Shown piece after piece: positions 30,581-40,113 of a stretch of DNA of 64,000 nucleotides (positions within the stretch are counted from its first letter, which is position 1; each line of letters begins with the position of its first letter). The notes beneath the pieces are model-generated. The model saw only the letters and a list, made by a program, of their open reading frames with translations. It was not told where the DNA came from and made no database searches. Position numbers and translations under genes: made by a program. Origin of the DNA: an uncultured Candidatus Rokubacteria bacterium (GTDB lineage Bacteria; Methylomirabilota; Methylomirabilia; Rokubacteriales; CSP1-6); NCBI GenBank assembly GCA_963754315.1, contig CAVWFS010000001.1, positions 224,001 through 288,000 of the forward strand, in the 5' to 3' direction.

Positions 30581-31286
30581 CGTCCGCCATCTGGCCATCG
30601 CCTACGGCGACGCTCCCGCGGTATGGGACGCGTCGCTTTCGGTCGACGAAGGGGAGATCGTCTCGGTAATCGGTCCCAACGGGGCAGGGAAGAGCACCTT
30701 GATCAACACGGTGGCGGGGCTCCTGCGCTGGCGAGCGGGCGAGCTGTCCTTGGCGGGGATAGACCTCGCTACCGTACCGTCCCACCTCGTATCGCGCCAT
30801 GGAATCGCGCTGGTTCCCGAGGGGCGTCGACTCTTCACCCGCATGTCGGTCGAGGAAAATCTGGACATCGGCTGCTATCGGGGGCAAGCCCGCCAGCGTC
30901 GCCGGCATACCCTCGAGCGCGTGTACGGCCTCTTTCCCATCCTGCGTGAGCGGCGACGGCAGCTGGCGGGATCGCTCTCGGGCGGCCAGCAGCAAATGGT
31001 CGCCATCGGCCGGGCGCTGATGGCGTGCCCGCGTCTGCTCCTGCTGGACGAGCCTTCGCTCGGATTGGCGCCGGCGGTGGTGGACCAGCTCTTCGACGTA
31101 ATTCGCGTGATCCATGGCGAAGGCGTCGCCGTGCTACTCGTCGAGCAGAACGTGGCCAAGGCCTTGGAGATCGCCGATCGTGCCTACGTGCTCGAGGAGG
31201 GCCGTATCGTGGCCGAGGGGCCGCCGGCGGCCCTGCTCGAGCAGTCGCACATCCAGGACGCCTACCTCGGCCTGCGCCAACCTTAG
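30570..31286 (+). CDS. LivF-like ABC ATP-binding protein
   Basis: GPNGAGKST, VPEGRRLF, LSGGQQQM, LDEPSLGLAP. Confidence 0.92.
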   Translation: MLLDVRHLAIAYGDAPAVWDASLSVDEGEIVSVIGPNGAGKSTLINTVAGLLRWRAGELSLAGIDLATVPSHLVSRHGIALVPEGRRLFTRMSVEENLDIGCYRGQARQRRRHTLERVYGLFPILRERRRQLAGSLSGGQQQMVAIGRALMACPRLLLLDEPSLGLAPAVVDQLFDVIRVIHGEGVAVLLVEQNVAKALEIADRAYVLEEGRIVAEGPPAALLEQSHIQDAYLGLRQP

Positions 31287-31302
31287 GCACGTGTCACACT
31301 AC

Positions 31303-31413
31303 GGGGGGAGCCTTTCGAGGCCCCGGAATCGCGACGTGTGAACGAGGGGCGCCCCGGGTTCCCCGGGGCGCTCCGAGCGTAGGGGGGCTTGGGGGGCCCT
31401 TTCGAGGCCCCCC
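31303..31413. repeat. REP-like palindromic element, copy 1
   Basis: Two related hairpins with a TTTCG-containing loop (31303-31324 and 31391-31413) flank the core GAGGGGCGCCCCGGGTTCCCCGGGGCGCTCCGAGCGT. Confidence 0.75.
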
Positions 31414-31436
31414 ATCTCAAAAACGGAGGATCTTCG

Positions 31437-33830
31437 ATGGGGCAGTTTGGAATAGGACAAGCGGTGACGCGCTTCGAGGATCGGCGTCTGCTCCGGGGTG
31501 AGGGCCGGTTTCACCACGACGTGAATCTGCCGGGTCAGGCCTACGCCGTCATCGTACGGTCGGTGCACGCGCACGCCCAGATCCGCTCGATCAACTCAGC
31601 GGCCGCCCAGCGGGCGCCGGGTATCCTCGCCGTGCTCACGGGCGCCGACGTGGCCAAGGACGGTCTTGGCACCATGCAGATGACCTTGAAGCGCAAGCGT
31701 CCGGACGGAACGCCCATGTTCGCGTCGCCCCAGCGCGGGCTCACCCAGGATCGCGTCCGCTACGTCGGTGACCCGGTGGCCCTCGTCGTTGCCGAAACAC
31801 TGGCGCAGGCGGAGGACGCGGCCGAACTCGTCCGGATCGACTACGAGCCGTTGTCCTCGGTCACCTCCACGGCCGAGGCGATGGGGGGAGCGCCGGTGTG
31901 GGACGAGTGCCCCGACAATGTCTCCAACCTGTTCGAGGCTGGGGACAAGGCGGCCACGGAGGCGGCCTTCACCAAGGCTCACCGGGTGATCCGACGCCGC
32001 TACGTGATCACGCGAGTGCACGCGCAGTACATGGAGCCTCGCGGCGCCATCGGGACCTACGACCCGGGTGAGGATCGCTACACCTTGTATGCCGACGTGC
32101 AGTACCCGCATCGAGTCCGCACGGCGCTGGCTAGCAATATCTTCAAGGTTCCCGAGCACAAGATCCGAGTCATCGCCGGTGACGTCGGGGGCGGCTTCGG
32201 GACGAAGGGCTGGCAGTATCCGGAGCACCGCCTCGTCCTCTGGGCCGCCCGGAAGCTTCGGCGGCCGGTCAAGTGGACGTGCGAGCGGCGCGAGGCGATT
32301 CCCGCCGACGAGCACGCCCGCGACAACGTGAGCGAGGCGGAGCTGGCCCTCGATGCCGAGGGGCGATTTCTCGCCCTCAAGGTGCGGACCCTCGCCAACG
32401 TGGGGGCCTACGTCTCTTCAGATCGCAACCTGCTGGCCACCTTCAGCAACGTGGTCACCCTGGTCGGGGTGTATGCGTTTGCCGCTGCGCACGTGGAGGT
32501 CTACAGCGTTCTCACCAACACCAACTCGACGGCACCGTACCGCGGCGCCGGCCGACCGGAGGCGACCTACGTCATCGAGCGGCTGATCGACGATACGGCT
32601 CGCGAGCTCAACATCGACCCGGTGGAGCTCCGACGGCGCAATCTCATCCCCACCTCGGCCATGCCGTATCGGAACCCGCTCGGCGTCACCTACGACTCGG
32701 GCGACTTCCCCAAGAACATGGAGGACGCGCTGAAGCTGGCCGACGTGGCGGGCTTCGCCGCCCGGCGAGAGGCGTCACGGGCGACCGGAAAGCTACGCGG
32801 TCTCTCCGTCGTGAACGCCATCGAGCGGGCGGCGGGTGCCCAGCCCGAGTTCGCCGAGATCAGGTTCGCCCCCAGCGGGAGCGCGACCGTGTTCATGGGC
32901 ACCAAGAGCCAGGGCCAGAATCACGAGACCACGTTCAAGCAGATCCTGCACGAGCGGCTCGGCCTCGATCCGGCCGAGGTGCGCTATATCGACGGCGACA
33001 CCGACCGCGTGGCCTTCGGGATGGGCACCATGGGCTCGAGGTCCACCGTGATCGGGGGAACTGCGCTGTGGATGGCCGCCGACAAGGTCATCGCGAAGGG
33101 CAAGAAGATCGCGGCCCGACTCCTGGAGGCGGCCGAGGCGGATCTGGTCTTCGCCGACGGCCGCTTCGGGGTGACGGGGACGGATCGGTCGGTCACCATC
33201 AACGAAGTTGCCCGCACGGCTTTCGTACCGGCCCAGCTGCCCGCCGGCCTCGAGCCTGGCTTCTACGAGACCGGGACGTTCTCGCCGAAGCAAGACACCT
33301 GGCCCAACGGCTGCCACGTCTGTGAGGTGGAGGTCGATCCCGATACGGGCGTGGTCACCCTGGTCAATTACGTGGTCGTCGACGACGTGGGCACGGTCAT
33401 CAATCCACTGACCCTCAAGGGCCAGATCCACGGTGGCGTAGCCCAGGGTGTGGGCCAGGCCCTGATGGAACAGGTGATTTACGACCGCGAATCGGGCCAG
33501 CTCTTGACCGCGTCGTTCATGGACTACGCCATGCCGCGCGCCGATACCCTCTCCGACATGGCCATCGGGAGCAATCCCGTGCCGACCAAGCTCAATCCGC
33601 TCGGCGCCAAGGGGGCAGGGGAGGCAGGCACGGTGGGTGCCTTGCCCGCCGTGATCAACGCGGTCATGGACGCGCTGACGCCACTCGGCGTCAAGGACTT
33701 CGACATGCCGGCCAGTAGCGAGCGGGTGTGGGAGGCGATCCAGAGGCAGGCACTCAGCAGCAACCACGGGGAGGAAATGATCGGTGGGAAAGACGCTCGA
33801 CGACGCGGGGCTGGACCTTCTCTTTCGTAA
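31437..33830 (+). CDS. Xanthine dehydrogenase/CoxL-family molybdopterin-binding subunit
   Basis: REDRRLLRGEG-like start, DVGGGFGTK, APYRGAGRPEA, GTMGSRS, GQIHGGVAQG, GAKGAGEAG. Confidence 0.92.
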   Translation: MGQFGIGQAVTRFEDRRLLRGEGRFHHDVNLPGQAYAVIVRSVHAHAQIRSINSAAAQRAPGILAVLTGADVAKDGLGTMQMTLKRKRPDGTPMFASPQRGLTQDRVRYVGDPVALVVAETLAQAEDAAELVRIDYEPLSSVTSTAEAMGGAPVWDECPDNVSNLFEAGDKAATEAAFTKAHRVIRRRYVITRVHAQYMEPRGAIGTYDPGEDRYTLYADVQYPHRVRTALASNIFKVPEHKIRVIAGDVGGGFGTKGWQYPEHRLVLWAARKLRRPVKWTCERREAIPADEHARDNVSEAELALDAEGRFLALKVRTLANVGAYVSSDRNLLATFSNVVTLVGVYAFAAAHVEVYSVLTNTNSTAPYRGAGRPEATYVIERLIDDTARELNIDPVELRRRNLIPTSAMPYRNPLGVTYDSGDFPKNMEDALKLADVAGFAARREASRATGKLRGLSVVNAIERAAGAQPEFAEIRFAPSGSATVFMGTKSQGQNHETTFKQILHERLGLDPAEVRYIDGDTDRVAFGMGTMGSRSTVIGGTALWMAADKVIAKGKKIAARLLEAAEADLVFADGRFGVTGTDRSVTINEVARTAFVPAQLPAGLEPGFYETGTFSPKQDTWPNGCHVCEVEVDPDTGVVTLVNYVVVDDVGTVINPLTLKGQIHGGVAQGVGQALMEQVIYDRESGQLLTASFMDYAMPRADTLSDMAIGSNPVPTKLNPLGAKGAGEAGTVGALPAVINAVMDALTPLGVKDFDMPASSERVWEAIQRQALSSNHGEEMIGGKDARRRGAGPSLS

Positions 33831-34377
33831 CGCGCGCACGCAGAATGGGTGGCTCCCGACACCCGTGAGCGACGATCAACTCCGCGCGATCTATCAGATC
33901 ATGAAGGTCGGGCCGACCAGCGCCAACTGCTGTCCGGCGCGGATCACCTTCCTGCGCACGCCCGAGGCCAAGGCGCGGCTGATTCCCGCCCTGAGCCCCG
34001 GCAACGTCGACAAGACCAAGGCAGCGCCCGTCACTGCCATCATCGGCTACGACACGCGCTTCTTCGAGCTGCTCCCGAAGCTCTTTCCCCATCGGCCCGA
34101 GATGGTCGACAACTTCGCGAACAATCCCCAGCTGGCGCAGACGACCGCGTTTCGCAACGGCACCTTGCAGGGGGCGTACTTCATGCTGGCCACCCGCGCG
34201 GTGGGTCTGGACGTCGGGGGAATGTCGGGCTTCGACAACGCCAAGGTCGACGCGGAATTCTTCCCTGACGGCCGGATCAAGTCGAACTTTCTTTGCAACC
34301 TCGGACACGGGGATCCGAGCAAAATTCTCCCGAAGTTGCCACGGCTCGACTTCGACGAGGCCTGCCGGATCGTGTGA
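33784..34377 (+). CDS. rutE: RutE-like nitroreductase (malonic semialdehyde reductase family)
   Basis: LLFRNARTQNGW, GPTSANCCPAR, AFRNGTLQGAY, MSGFDNAKVD, LPRLDFDEAC. Confidence 0.82.
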   Translation: MGKTLDDAGLDLLFRNARTQNGWLPTPVSDDQLRAIYQIMKVGPTSANCCPARITFLRTPEAKARLIPALSPGNVDKTKAAPVTAIIGYDTRFFELLPKLFPHRPEMVDNFANNPQLAQTTAFRNGTLQGAYFMLATRAVGLDVGGMSGFDNAKVDAEFFPDGRIKSNFLCNLGHGDPSKILPKLPRLDFDEACRIV

Positions 34378-34386
34378 ACCGACTGT

Positions 34387-34456
34387 TGGGGGGCCCCGAC
34401 ATGGCCCCCGACCCCCCGACGCTCGGAGCGCCCCGGGAAACCCGCGGCGCTCCTCG
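34387..34456. repeat. REP-like palindromic element, copy 2 (inverted relative to copy 1)
   Basis: Reverse complement CGAGGAGCGCCGCGGGTTTCCCGGGGCGCTCCGAGCGTCGGGGGGTCGGGGGCC closely matches 31343-31398. Confidence 0.75.
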
Positions 34457-34472
34457 ATTCTGCGGTAGCCTG

Positions 34473-35465
34473 CTACGAGGGTTGGCGCAAGCGCGGCCAG
34501 ACGTCGGGGTTCACCAGGACCTCAGGACGTTCCCCGTGCAGCACGCGCAACATCTCACTCGCTACCTGCATGGCGGTCGCGCGAGTAGCCCCGGTCGTCA
34601 CGCCGGCCACGTGCGGGGACACCACGACGTTGGGCAATCCGAAGATAGGATTGTCGACGGGGCTCGGTTCGTCTTCGAAGACGTCGAGGCCGGCCGCGCC
34701 CAGCTGACCGGTGGCGAGAGCCTCGAAGACGGCCCGCTCGTCGTGCACTGGTCCCCGCGAGGTGTTAACCAGAATGGCCCCGCGCTTGAGCAAGCCGAGT
34801 GTCTTCGGGTTGATCATGGCGCGCGTCTCGTCCGTGAGCGGCGTGTGGCAGGTCAACACGTCGACCTGCGGGAGCAGCGCCTCCAGGCTCGCCGTCGGCT
34901 CGGCGCCCCGCCGGTGCACTTCGTCCGCGGGCAGGTACTTGTCGTAGGCGAGCACGCGCATGCCGAGAGCGCCGGCGAAGCGGGCGACCCGCCGGCCGAT
35001 GTTGCCCACGCCCACGATGCCGAGCGTCTTGCCGGCCAGTTCCTCGTTGCGGGCGTCGTGGCGCGCGCGCCAGTCACCGTCGCGCGTCCAGCGATCGACC
35101 TGGACGGCGCGCTTGGCGCACATCAGCATCAGCATGAGGGCGTGCTCGGCCACCGCTTGGGCGTTGGCTCCGGGTGCGTGCACCACGGCCACGCCGAGTC
35201 GCGTCGCCGCGGGAATGTCCACGATGTCGAGGCCCGCCCCGTGGCGGCCGACCACGCGGACGCGCGGACAGGCGGCCATCAGCGAGGCGGAGCAGAGCGG
35301 CTTCGAGCGGAAGAGGATGCCCTGGGCGTCGCGGGCCAGGCTCACCACGGCCGCCTCGGTGAGGTCTTCAGCAACGATGACTTCGGCCTCGCGCGCCAGG
35401 AGCGCGTGGCCGTCGGGGTGGATCGGGCCGGCAAGCACGACGAGCGGACGGTTGTCGGTCGGCAT
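34473..35465 (-). CDS. D-isomer-specific 2-hydroxyacid dehydrogenase (SerA-like)
   Basis: GRHGAGLD, NAQAVAEH, GVGNIG, NTSRG, DVFEDEP, SPHVAG. Confidence 0.9.
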   Translation of the reverse strand: MPTDNRPLVVLAGPIHPDGHALLAREAEVIVAEDLTEAAVVSLARDAQGILFRSKPLCSASLMAACPRVRVVGRHGAGLDIVDIPAATRLGVAVVHAPGANAQAVAEHALMLMLMCAKRAVQVDRWTRDGDWRARHDARNEELAGKTLGIVGVGNIGRRVARFAGALGMRVLAYDKYLPADEVHRRGAEPTASLEALLPQVDVLTCHTPLTDETRAMINPKTLGLLKRGAILVNTSRGPVHDERAVFEALATGQLGAAGLDVFEDEPSPVDNPIFGLPNVVVSPHVAGVTTGATRATAMQVASEMLRVLHGERPEVLVNPDVWPRLRQPS

Positions 35466-35553
35466 GCCCGAGACTGTACCATGTACGTCGGCGATCAGGT
35501 CAGCGCCGGCGCTCCCTGCGAGTGTCTGTTCGCGTTGCACAGATTGGACGTGT

Positions 35554-35579
35554 TGTGACCCGTAACGTTATGGGTTACA
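35554..35579. promoter_or_regulatory. Palindromic operator overlapping the higBA -10 box
   Basis: TGTGACCCGTAAC|GTTATGGGTTACA, 11 of 13 pairs complementary; TACACT at 35576-35581. Confidence 0.7.
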
Positions 35580-35589
35580 CTGGCTCTGG

Positions 35590-35868
35590 GTGATTCGTGG
35601 ATTCAGGCACAAAGGGTTGGCCAAGTTCTTCGAGACCGGGTCACGGGCCCGGATCCAGCCACAGCATGCTGGACGGCTGCGTTTGATCTTGGGCCGCTTG
35701 AATGCCGCCACCTCACCGCACGACATGGGCCTGCCCGGGCTCAATCTTCATCCTCTCGCGGGCGACCGCAAGGGCACCTGGGCGGTTTCGGTAAGCGGCA
35801 ACTGGAGGGTCACATTCAAGTTCGTTGAGAACGACGCTGATGCGGTCGACTATGAGGACTACCACTGA
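35590..35868 (+). CDS. higB: HigB (RelE/ParE superfamily) toxin
   Basis: [34 protein letters not shown]. Confidence 0.93.
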   Translation: MIRGFRHKGLAKFFETGSRARIQPQHAGRLRLILGRLNAATSPHDMGLPGLNLHPLAGDRKGTWAVSVSGNWRVTFKFVENDADAVDYEDYH

Positions 35869-35879
35869 CGGAGCTGCCG

Positions 35880-36161
35880 ATGCGTATGCATAACCCACCT
35901 CACCCGGGCGAGATCATCAAGACGCTCTGTCTGGAGCCGCTTGGTGTCACCGTGACCCAGGCCGCAGAAGCTCTCGGAGTCAGCCGCAAGACGCTGTCCG
36001 CAATTCTGAATGGCCGAGCCGGGATCAGTCCCGAGATGGCGGTTCGGCTTTCCATTGCCTTCGGGACGTCCTCCGAGAGCTGGCTCAACCAGCAAACACA
36101 GTACGACCTCTGGCATGCCGAGCAGCGTCGCCGGCAACTCAAGGTCGCCAAGCTCGCGTAG
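35880..36161 (+). CDS. higA: HigA antitoxin
   Basis: [34 protein letters not shown]. Confidence 0.93.
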   Translation: MRMHNPPHPGEIIKTLCLEPLGVTVTQAAEALGVSRKTLSAILNGRAGISPEMAVRLSIAFGTSSESWLNQQTQYDLWHAEQRRRQLKVAKLA

Positions 36162-36335
36162 AGGGCCCCCGACGACGCGTGGCCTGGCCTAAGGCTCGCG
36201 TTGCTCGCTGATCACCGCGCGCCCAGTGTGTCGTGCCGGACAAGCGAGAACCTACCAACGATGCCGCCAGAACCGGGCAGATCTCGTCGATCGCATTCTG
36301 CGGCCGAAGACCGGACAGCGTTGACTCGCTCGCGA

Positions 36336-37432
36336 TCAGGAGCGCATCGTTTCGAGCGGGGCCAGGCCGAGCTCGCGGGTGCACTCGGTGAACCACTGGA
36401 TCACCTCTTTGTGGAGGGGGATGCCGTGGGTCCGGCGTTCCTGCAGCTCCTCGGCCTCCGATAGTCCCGGATAGAGGACGCGCTCCTGTCCGGGGGCGGG
36501 GGTTGCCGTGCGCAACGTCTTGAGCATCTCGTCCATGGTGTCCTTGAACTGCTCGAGATCGGTGAAGGCCTCGATGTTGTAGGCCGCGAAATGATTCTTG
36601 GACCCGCTCCCCGGCACCAGCATGGTGGGCAGAGCGCCTGCCAGCACGGTGGACAGAACCTCGGCCATGAGGGCGAAGCCGTAGCCCTTGTGGGAGCCCT
36701 GCTCGCGAGTCCCCCCAGCGGCGCCTGATAAAAATCGTCGCGGTCGAAGATCGGCTTCTCCTCCATGATCGGCTGGCCGTCCTTGTCCGTGACCCAGCCC
36801 GGGAGCAGGGGCGAGCCGACCCTCATGGCCAGACGGATCTTGTTGCCGGCAATGGCCGAGGTAGCGACGTCGAAGAGCAGCGGCGCCTCGTGACGGGCGG
36901 GGGCGGCGACGGCAATCGGGTTGGTGCCAATGAGCGGCTTCGACGCGAAGGTCGGCACCACGCTCAACCCCGCCCCCGTGAAGCACACGCCGACCATATC
37001 TTGAAGAGCGGCCAGCATCGCGTAGTGGCCGATGGCGCCGAAATGCCCGCTGTTCTGGACGGCGACCACGCCGACGCCGACCTTACGGGCCTTCTCCATG
37101 GCCAGTCGCATGGCCCGCGGTCCCACCATGACCCCGAGCCGCCGCTCGGCGTCGATCACGGCGGTCGCGGGCGACTCCCGCAGCACGCGCCAGCCGGGTC
37201 GGGGATCGAGCTTGCCGGCCCGGTAATCCCGGACGTACGCCCGCAGCATGTTCGACACGCCGTGGGTTTCGACCCCACGGAGGTCCGTCATGGTCAAGAC
37301 ATCAGCTCCTTCCGCGGCGTCATCCGGGCTCACTCCGAGCTTTTCGAAGATCTGGCTGACGGTGCGTCGCAGCGCTGCGTCGGAGACGAAGACCTGGTCT
37401 TTGGCGGGAACTTTGAAGCGCTCGAGAATCAT
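36336..37432 (-). CDS. Ldh_2 family (malate/lactate/ureidoglycolate) oxidoreductase, frameshift near 36710
   Basis: DLRGVETHG, NSGHFGA, GTNPIA, DVATS; then HKGYG...VLYPG in another frame. Confidence 0.85.
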
Positions 37433-37592
37433 GCCTCTCTCCTCGGTCGGAACGTCTCGGGCCAGCGTCGGCCCCGAACGTGAATCGTAGCCGATTTCGG
37501 CAGAGAAGTGGCGTATCGTTGGCCGCCTGCGGGCTCAGACCTCCGCCGCTCGTCGAAGAGGCTCTGGAGGGTCGCGAGCGACGACTATCCGA

Positions 37593-37918
37593 CTAGCTCG
37601 AAGAGGGCTTCGACGACGCGCATCCACCTCGTCGGCGTCCAGGGCACCGATCCGACGTCCGAGCCGCTCGACCGACAGTGTACGGATCTGGCTGATCTTG
37701 ACCCCAGGAGGTCTTGGAGGCGCAGGGTCTCCACGGGATAGGTGAGTGGAAAGTCGGCGTGCTGCGGCTGGCTCGTGATGGCAGAGCGATGACGGTACCG
37801 GAGTGCGGGTGCAGGACGTCGTGGCTGATCACAAGGACGGGCCGAAGGCCGGCTTGCTTGCGGCCAGGACGGGATTGAGATCAGCCCAGTACACTCCTCC
37901 TCTCAGTACTCGAGCCAC
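37593..37918 (-). pseudogene. mazF: MazF/PemK toxin, decayed or frameshifted
   Basis: Pieces VYWADLNPV, QAGLRPVLVIS, TVIALP, ITSQPQ...FPL, SWVKISQIRTLSVERLGRRIG across frames. Confidence 0.75.
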
Positions 37919-38135
37919 GTCGTCTCTCACCCGTCGTACCCTCCTCGGCGAGGGCCTGCTCCTCCCTGCGATCGAGCTTCCTTGCCTCGACAGAAAGTCG
38001 ACGACGCCGGTGCAGGTCGAGCTTTTCCCGGACCGATGGCGCGACTGCGATTCCGATAGAGTCCTGTCTCACTCCGCGGTCGATCTCGTTGACAAGCTCC
38101 CGATCGAGCGTAATGGCGATCTTGTCCGCGGGCAT
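37903..38135 (-). pseudogene. Ribbon-helix-helix antitoxin, frameshifted
   Basis: KIAITLDRELVNEIDR, YRNRSRAI, KLDRREEQALAEEG; overlaps the start of mazF. Confidence 0.7.
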
Positions 38136-38271
38136 CGTTCCCGTCCCCTCTGGTAGGATATTGCATCATACCGGAAGGCCCAGAATCTCCGAGGCTACGC
38201 CGCACGCGGATCACTTCATCGAATGAGAACCCTTTCTGAGGTCGCGCCGAATATTTCACGAGGGAACCAGC

Positions 38272-38665
38272 ATGATCAAGGCCGTCGACATCAAGGCTGA
38301 GCTGGCCGGCCGACCGGTACTCCACGGGCGCAGCACGGCTACCACGGAAGCGGAAGCGAAGGCGGCGTTCGCCGTCCTGGCCCCCTTCCGTGACGGCAGC
38401 ATCTTCGCCGGGAGCTTTTCCGGAGACAGCTCCTGGGAGCGCCATCGGAACGGGGATGAGCTCGTGCAGATTCTGAACGGGGCGGCGACGCTCACCATCA
38501 TGACCGAGGGTGGGCCGCGAGTCCTTCGCGCTGCGGGCCGGAATGCTGATCGTGGTGCCACAAGGGCACTGGCACCGCTTCCACGTCCCGGACGAAGTTA
38601 CCGTGCTGACCGCCACCCCGCAGCCTACCGATCACACCTCCGCCGAGGACCCGAGGGGCGTGTGA
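38272..38665 (+). CDS. Cupin domain protein, frameshift near 38520
   Basis: WERHRNGDELV, then GMLIVVPQGHWHRF in a shifted frame; its TGA overlaps the next ATG. Confidence 0.8.
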
Positions 38666-39783
38666 TGAAGATCGTCAGAGTCGAACCGATCCCACTGCAT
38701 CTTCCTTTCGCGTCACCGTTCAAGATCTCGCAGGGGCCGGCGCGGGACATGCTCGAGGTGCTCCTGGTTCGGATCCACACGGACGAGGGGATTGTTGGAG
38801 TAGGGGAGACCCAGGCGTGGCGGCGGCAGGGCAGCGCCGAGACGCTCGTGAACCTGGTGCGGACGGTCGAGGACTACTTCGAGCCCATCTTGCTCAACCG
38901 GTCTCCCTTTGACATCAGTGGAATCCTGCACGCGTTGAACGACGCGATGTACAACAGCCTCTACGCGCAGGCGGCCGTGGGCGACGCGCTGTACGACGTG
39001 GTGGGCCGGGCCGTGGGCCTGCCCGTGCATGTGCTGCTGGGCGGGGAATGCCGGGATCGGGTCCGTATCGGCGCCATCCTCTCCATGAAGCCCACCGTGG
39101 AGGAACTGGTCGAGTCGGCGGAGACGGCGTACGAGCAGGGCTTTCGCCACTTCGGCCTCAAGATTGGCGTCGATGCCACCCGGGACGTGAAGAATGTGGC
39201 GGCGTTGAGGGCGCGCTTCGGCGACGGCGTCGTGCTACGCGTGGACGCCAACGGGGCGATGGCCTACGACGCGGCGGCGGCGCTTCTGCGAAAGCTGGAG
39301 CCGTACGACATCGACGTGGCCGAGCAGCCGGTCGCGATCTGGGACATCGGTGGGCTGGCGGCCCTGAGCCGGGTCACCACCATTCCCATCATGGCGGACG
39401 AGTCGGTGTCGACCGAGCATTCCCTCCTGGAGATCATCCGTCAGCGCGCCGCCACCGTGGTGCAGACGAAAATCGCCAAGAATGGCGGGATCTACCGGGT
39501 GCATCGTCTCTGGCATCTAGCGGCCGCCGCCGGTATCCGGATCTTTCCCGGGAACCACCCGAGCACGAGTATCGCCACGGCCGCCGTCGCCCACATTTGC
39601 GGGGCGTGGCCGGGGCCGCTTATGGAAGGCCCGTTCGCCGTCGGCCGCTGCGGAACCCTGGCCACGGACATCGTCACCGCGCCGATCGTGCCGGAGAACG
39701 GAGAGATTGCGGTGCCTGCCGGGCCCGGCCTCGGTGTGGAGCTGGACATGGACCGTGTCGCCGCCCTCCGCGTCGACAGGTAA
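38665..39783 (+). CDS. Enolase superfamily (muconate cycloisomerase/mandelate racemase-like) enzyme
   Basis: MKIVRVE, GIVGVGE, LRVDAN, EQP, MADES, GPGLGVELD. Confidence 0.9.
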   Translation: MKIVRVEPIPLHLPFASPFKISQGPARDMLEVLLVRIHTDEGIVGVGETQAWRRQGSAETLVNLVRTVEDYFEPILLNRSPFDISGILHALNDAMYNSLYAQAAVGDALYDVVGRAVGLPVHVLLGGECRDRVRIGAILSMKPTVEELVESAETAYEQGFRHFGLKIGVDATRDVKNVAALRARFGDGVVLRVDANGAMAYDAAAALLRKLEPYDIDVAEQPVAIWDIGGLAALSRVTTIPIMADESVSTEHSLLEIIRQRAATVVQTKIAKNGGIYRVHRLWHLAAAAGIRIFPGNHPSTSIATAAVAHICGAWPGPLMEGPFAVGRCGTLATDIVTAPIVPENGEIAVPAGPGLGVELDMDRVAALRVDR

Positions 39784-39840
39784 GAATAGCGTGTCAGGAA
39801 GAGTCGCCTCCAGCGCGTGCTGCTCGGCGCCGATCCAGGA

Positions 39841-39960
39841 GAGCTGCCTGTGGAACGAGTCGATAGGCTCTACTTCGTCATTAACGTCAAGACCGCTAAG
39901 GCTCTTGGTCTCCGAATTCCGCAATCGGTGCTGGCTCGGGCCGATGAGGTCATCGAGTGA
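39841..39960 (+). pseudogene. C-terminal remnant of an ABC_sub_bind (PF04392-type) protein
   Basis: ELPVERVDRLYFVINVKTAKALGLRIPQSVLARADEVIE*. Confidence 0.75.
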
Positions 39961-40029
39961 CTGTGCGGTCGGACGTCCCCGGGTAGAGGCTGGTGAAACA
40001 GGTCTCCGCGTCTCGACCTGCGATGGTGT

Positions 40030-40059
40030 TTGACACCCGCGCGCGAGGGTTCTTACACT
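40030..40059 (+). promoter_or_regulatory. sigma70-type promoter
   Basis: TTGACA-18 nt-TACACT upstream of ATG 40114. Confidence 0.6.
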
Positions 40060-40113
40060 AGGGCGCGTTTGGTCGACACGGTCCGACCGTGTGGCGACCC
40101 GCGGGGAGGCCGC

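Noticed and set aside
31303..31413. CRISPR array or integron attC sites
   Set aside because: No regular repeat-spacer periodicity, no cas or intI genes, and no RYYYAAC/GTTRRRY ends.
31437..33830. Aerobic CO dehydrogenase (form I coxL)
   Set aside because: Lacks the AYxCSFR motif and has no coxM/S or accessory genes nearby.
38272..39783. Apparent 503-aa cupin-enolase fusion
   Set aside because: Produced by a frameshift in the cupin; the true cupin frame stops at a TGATG overlapping the enolase start.
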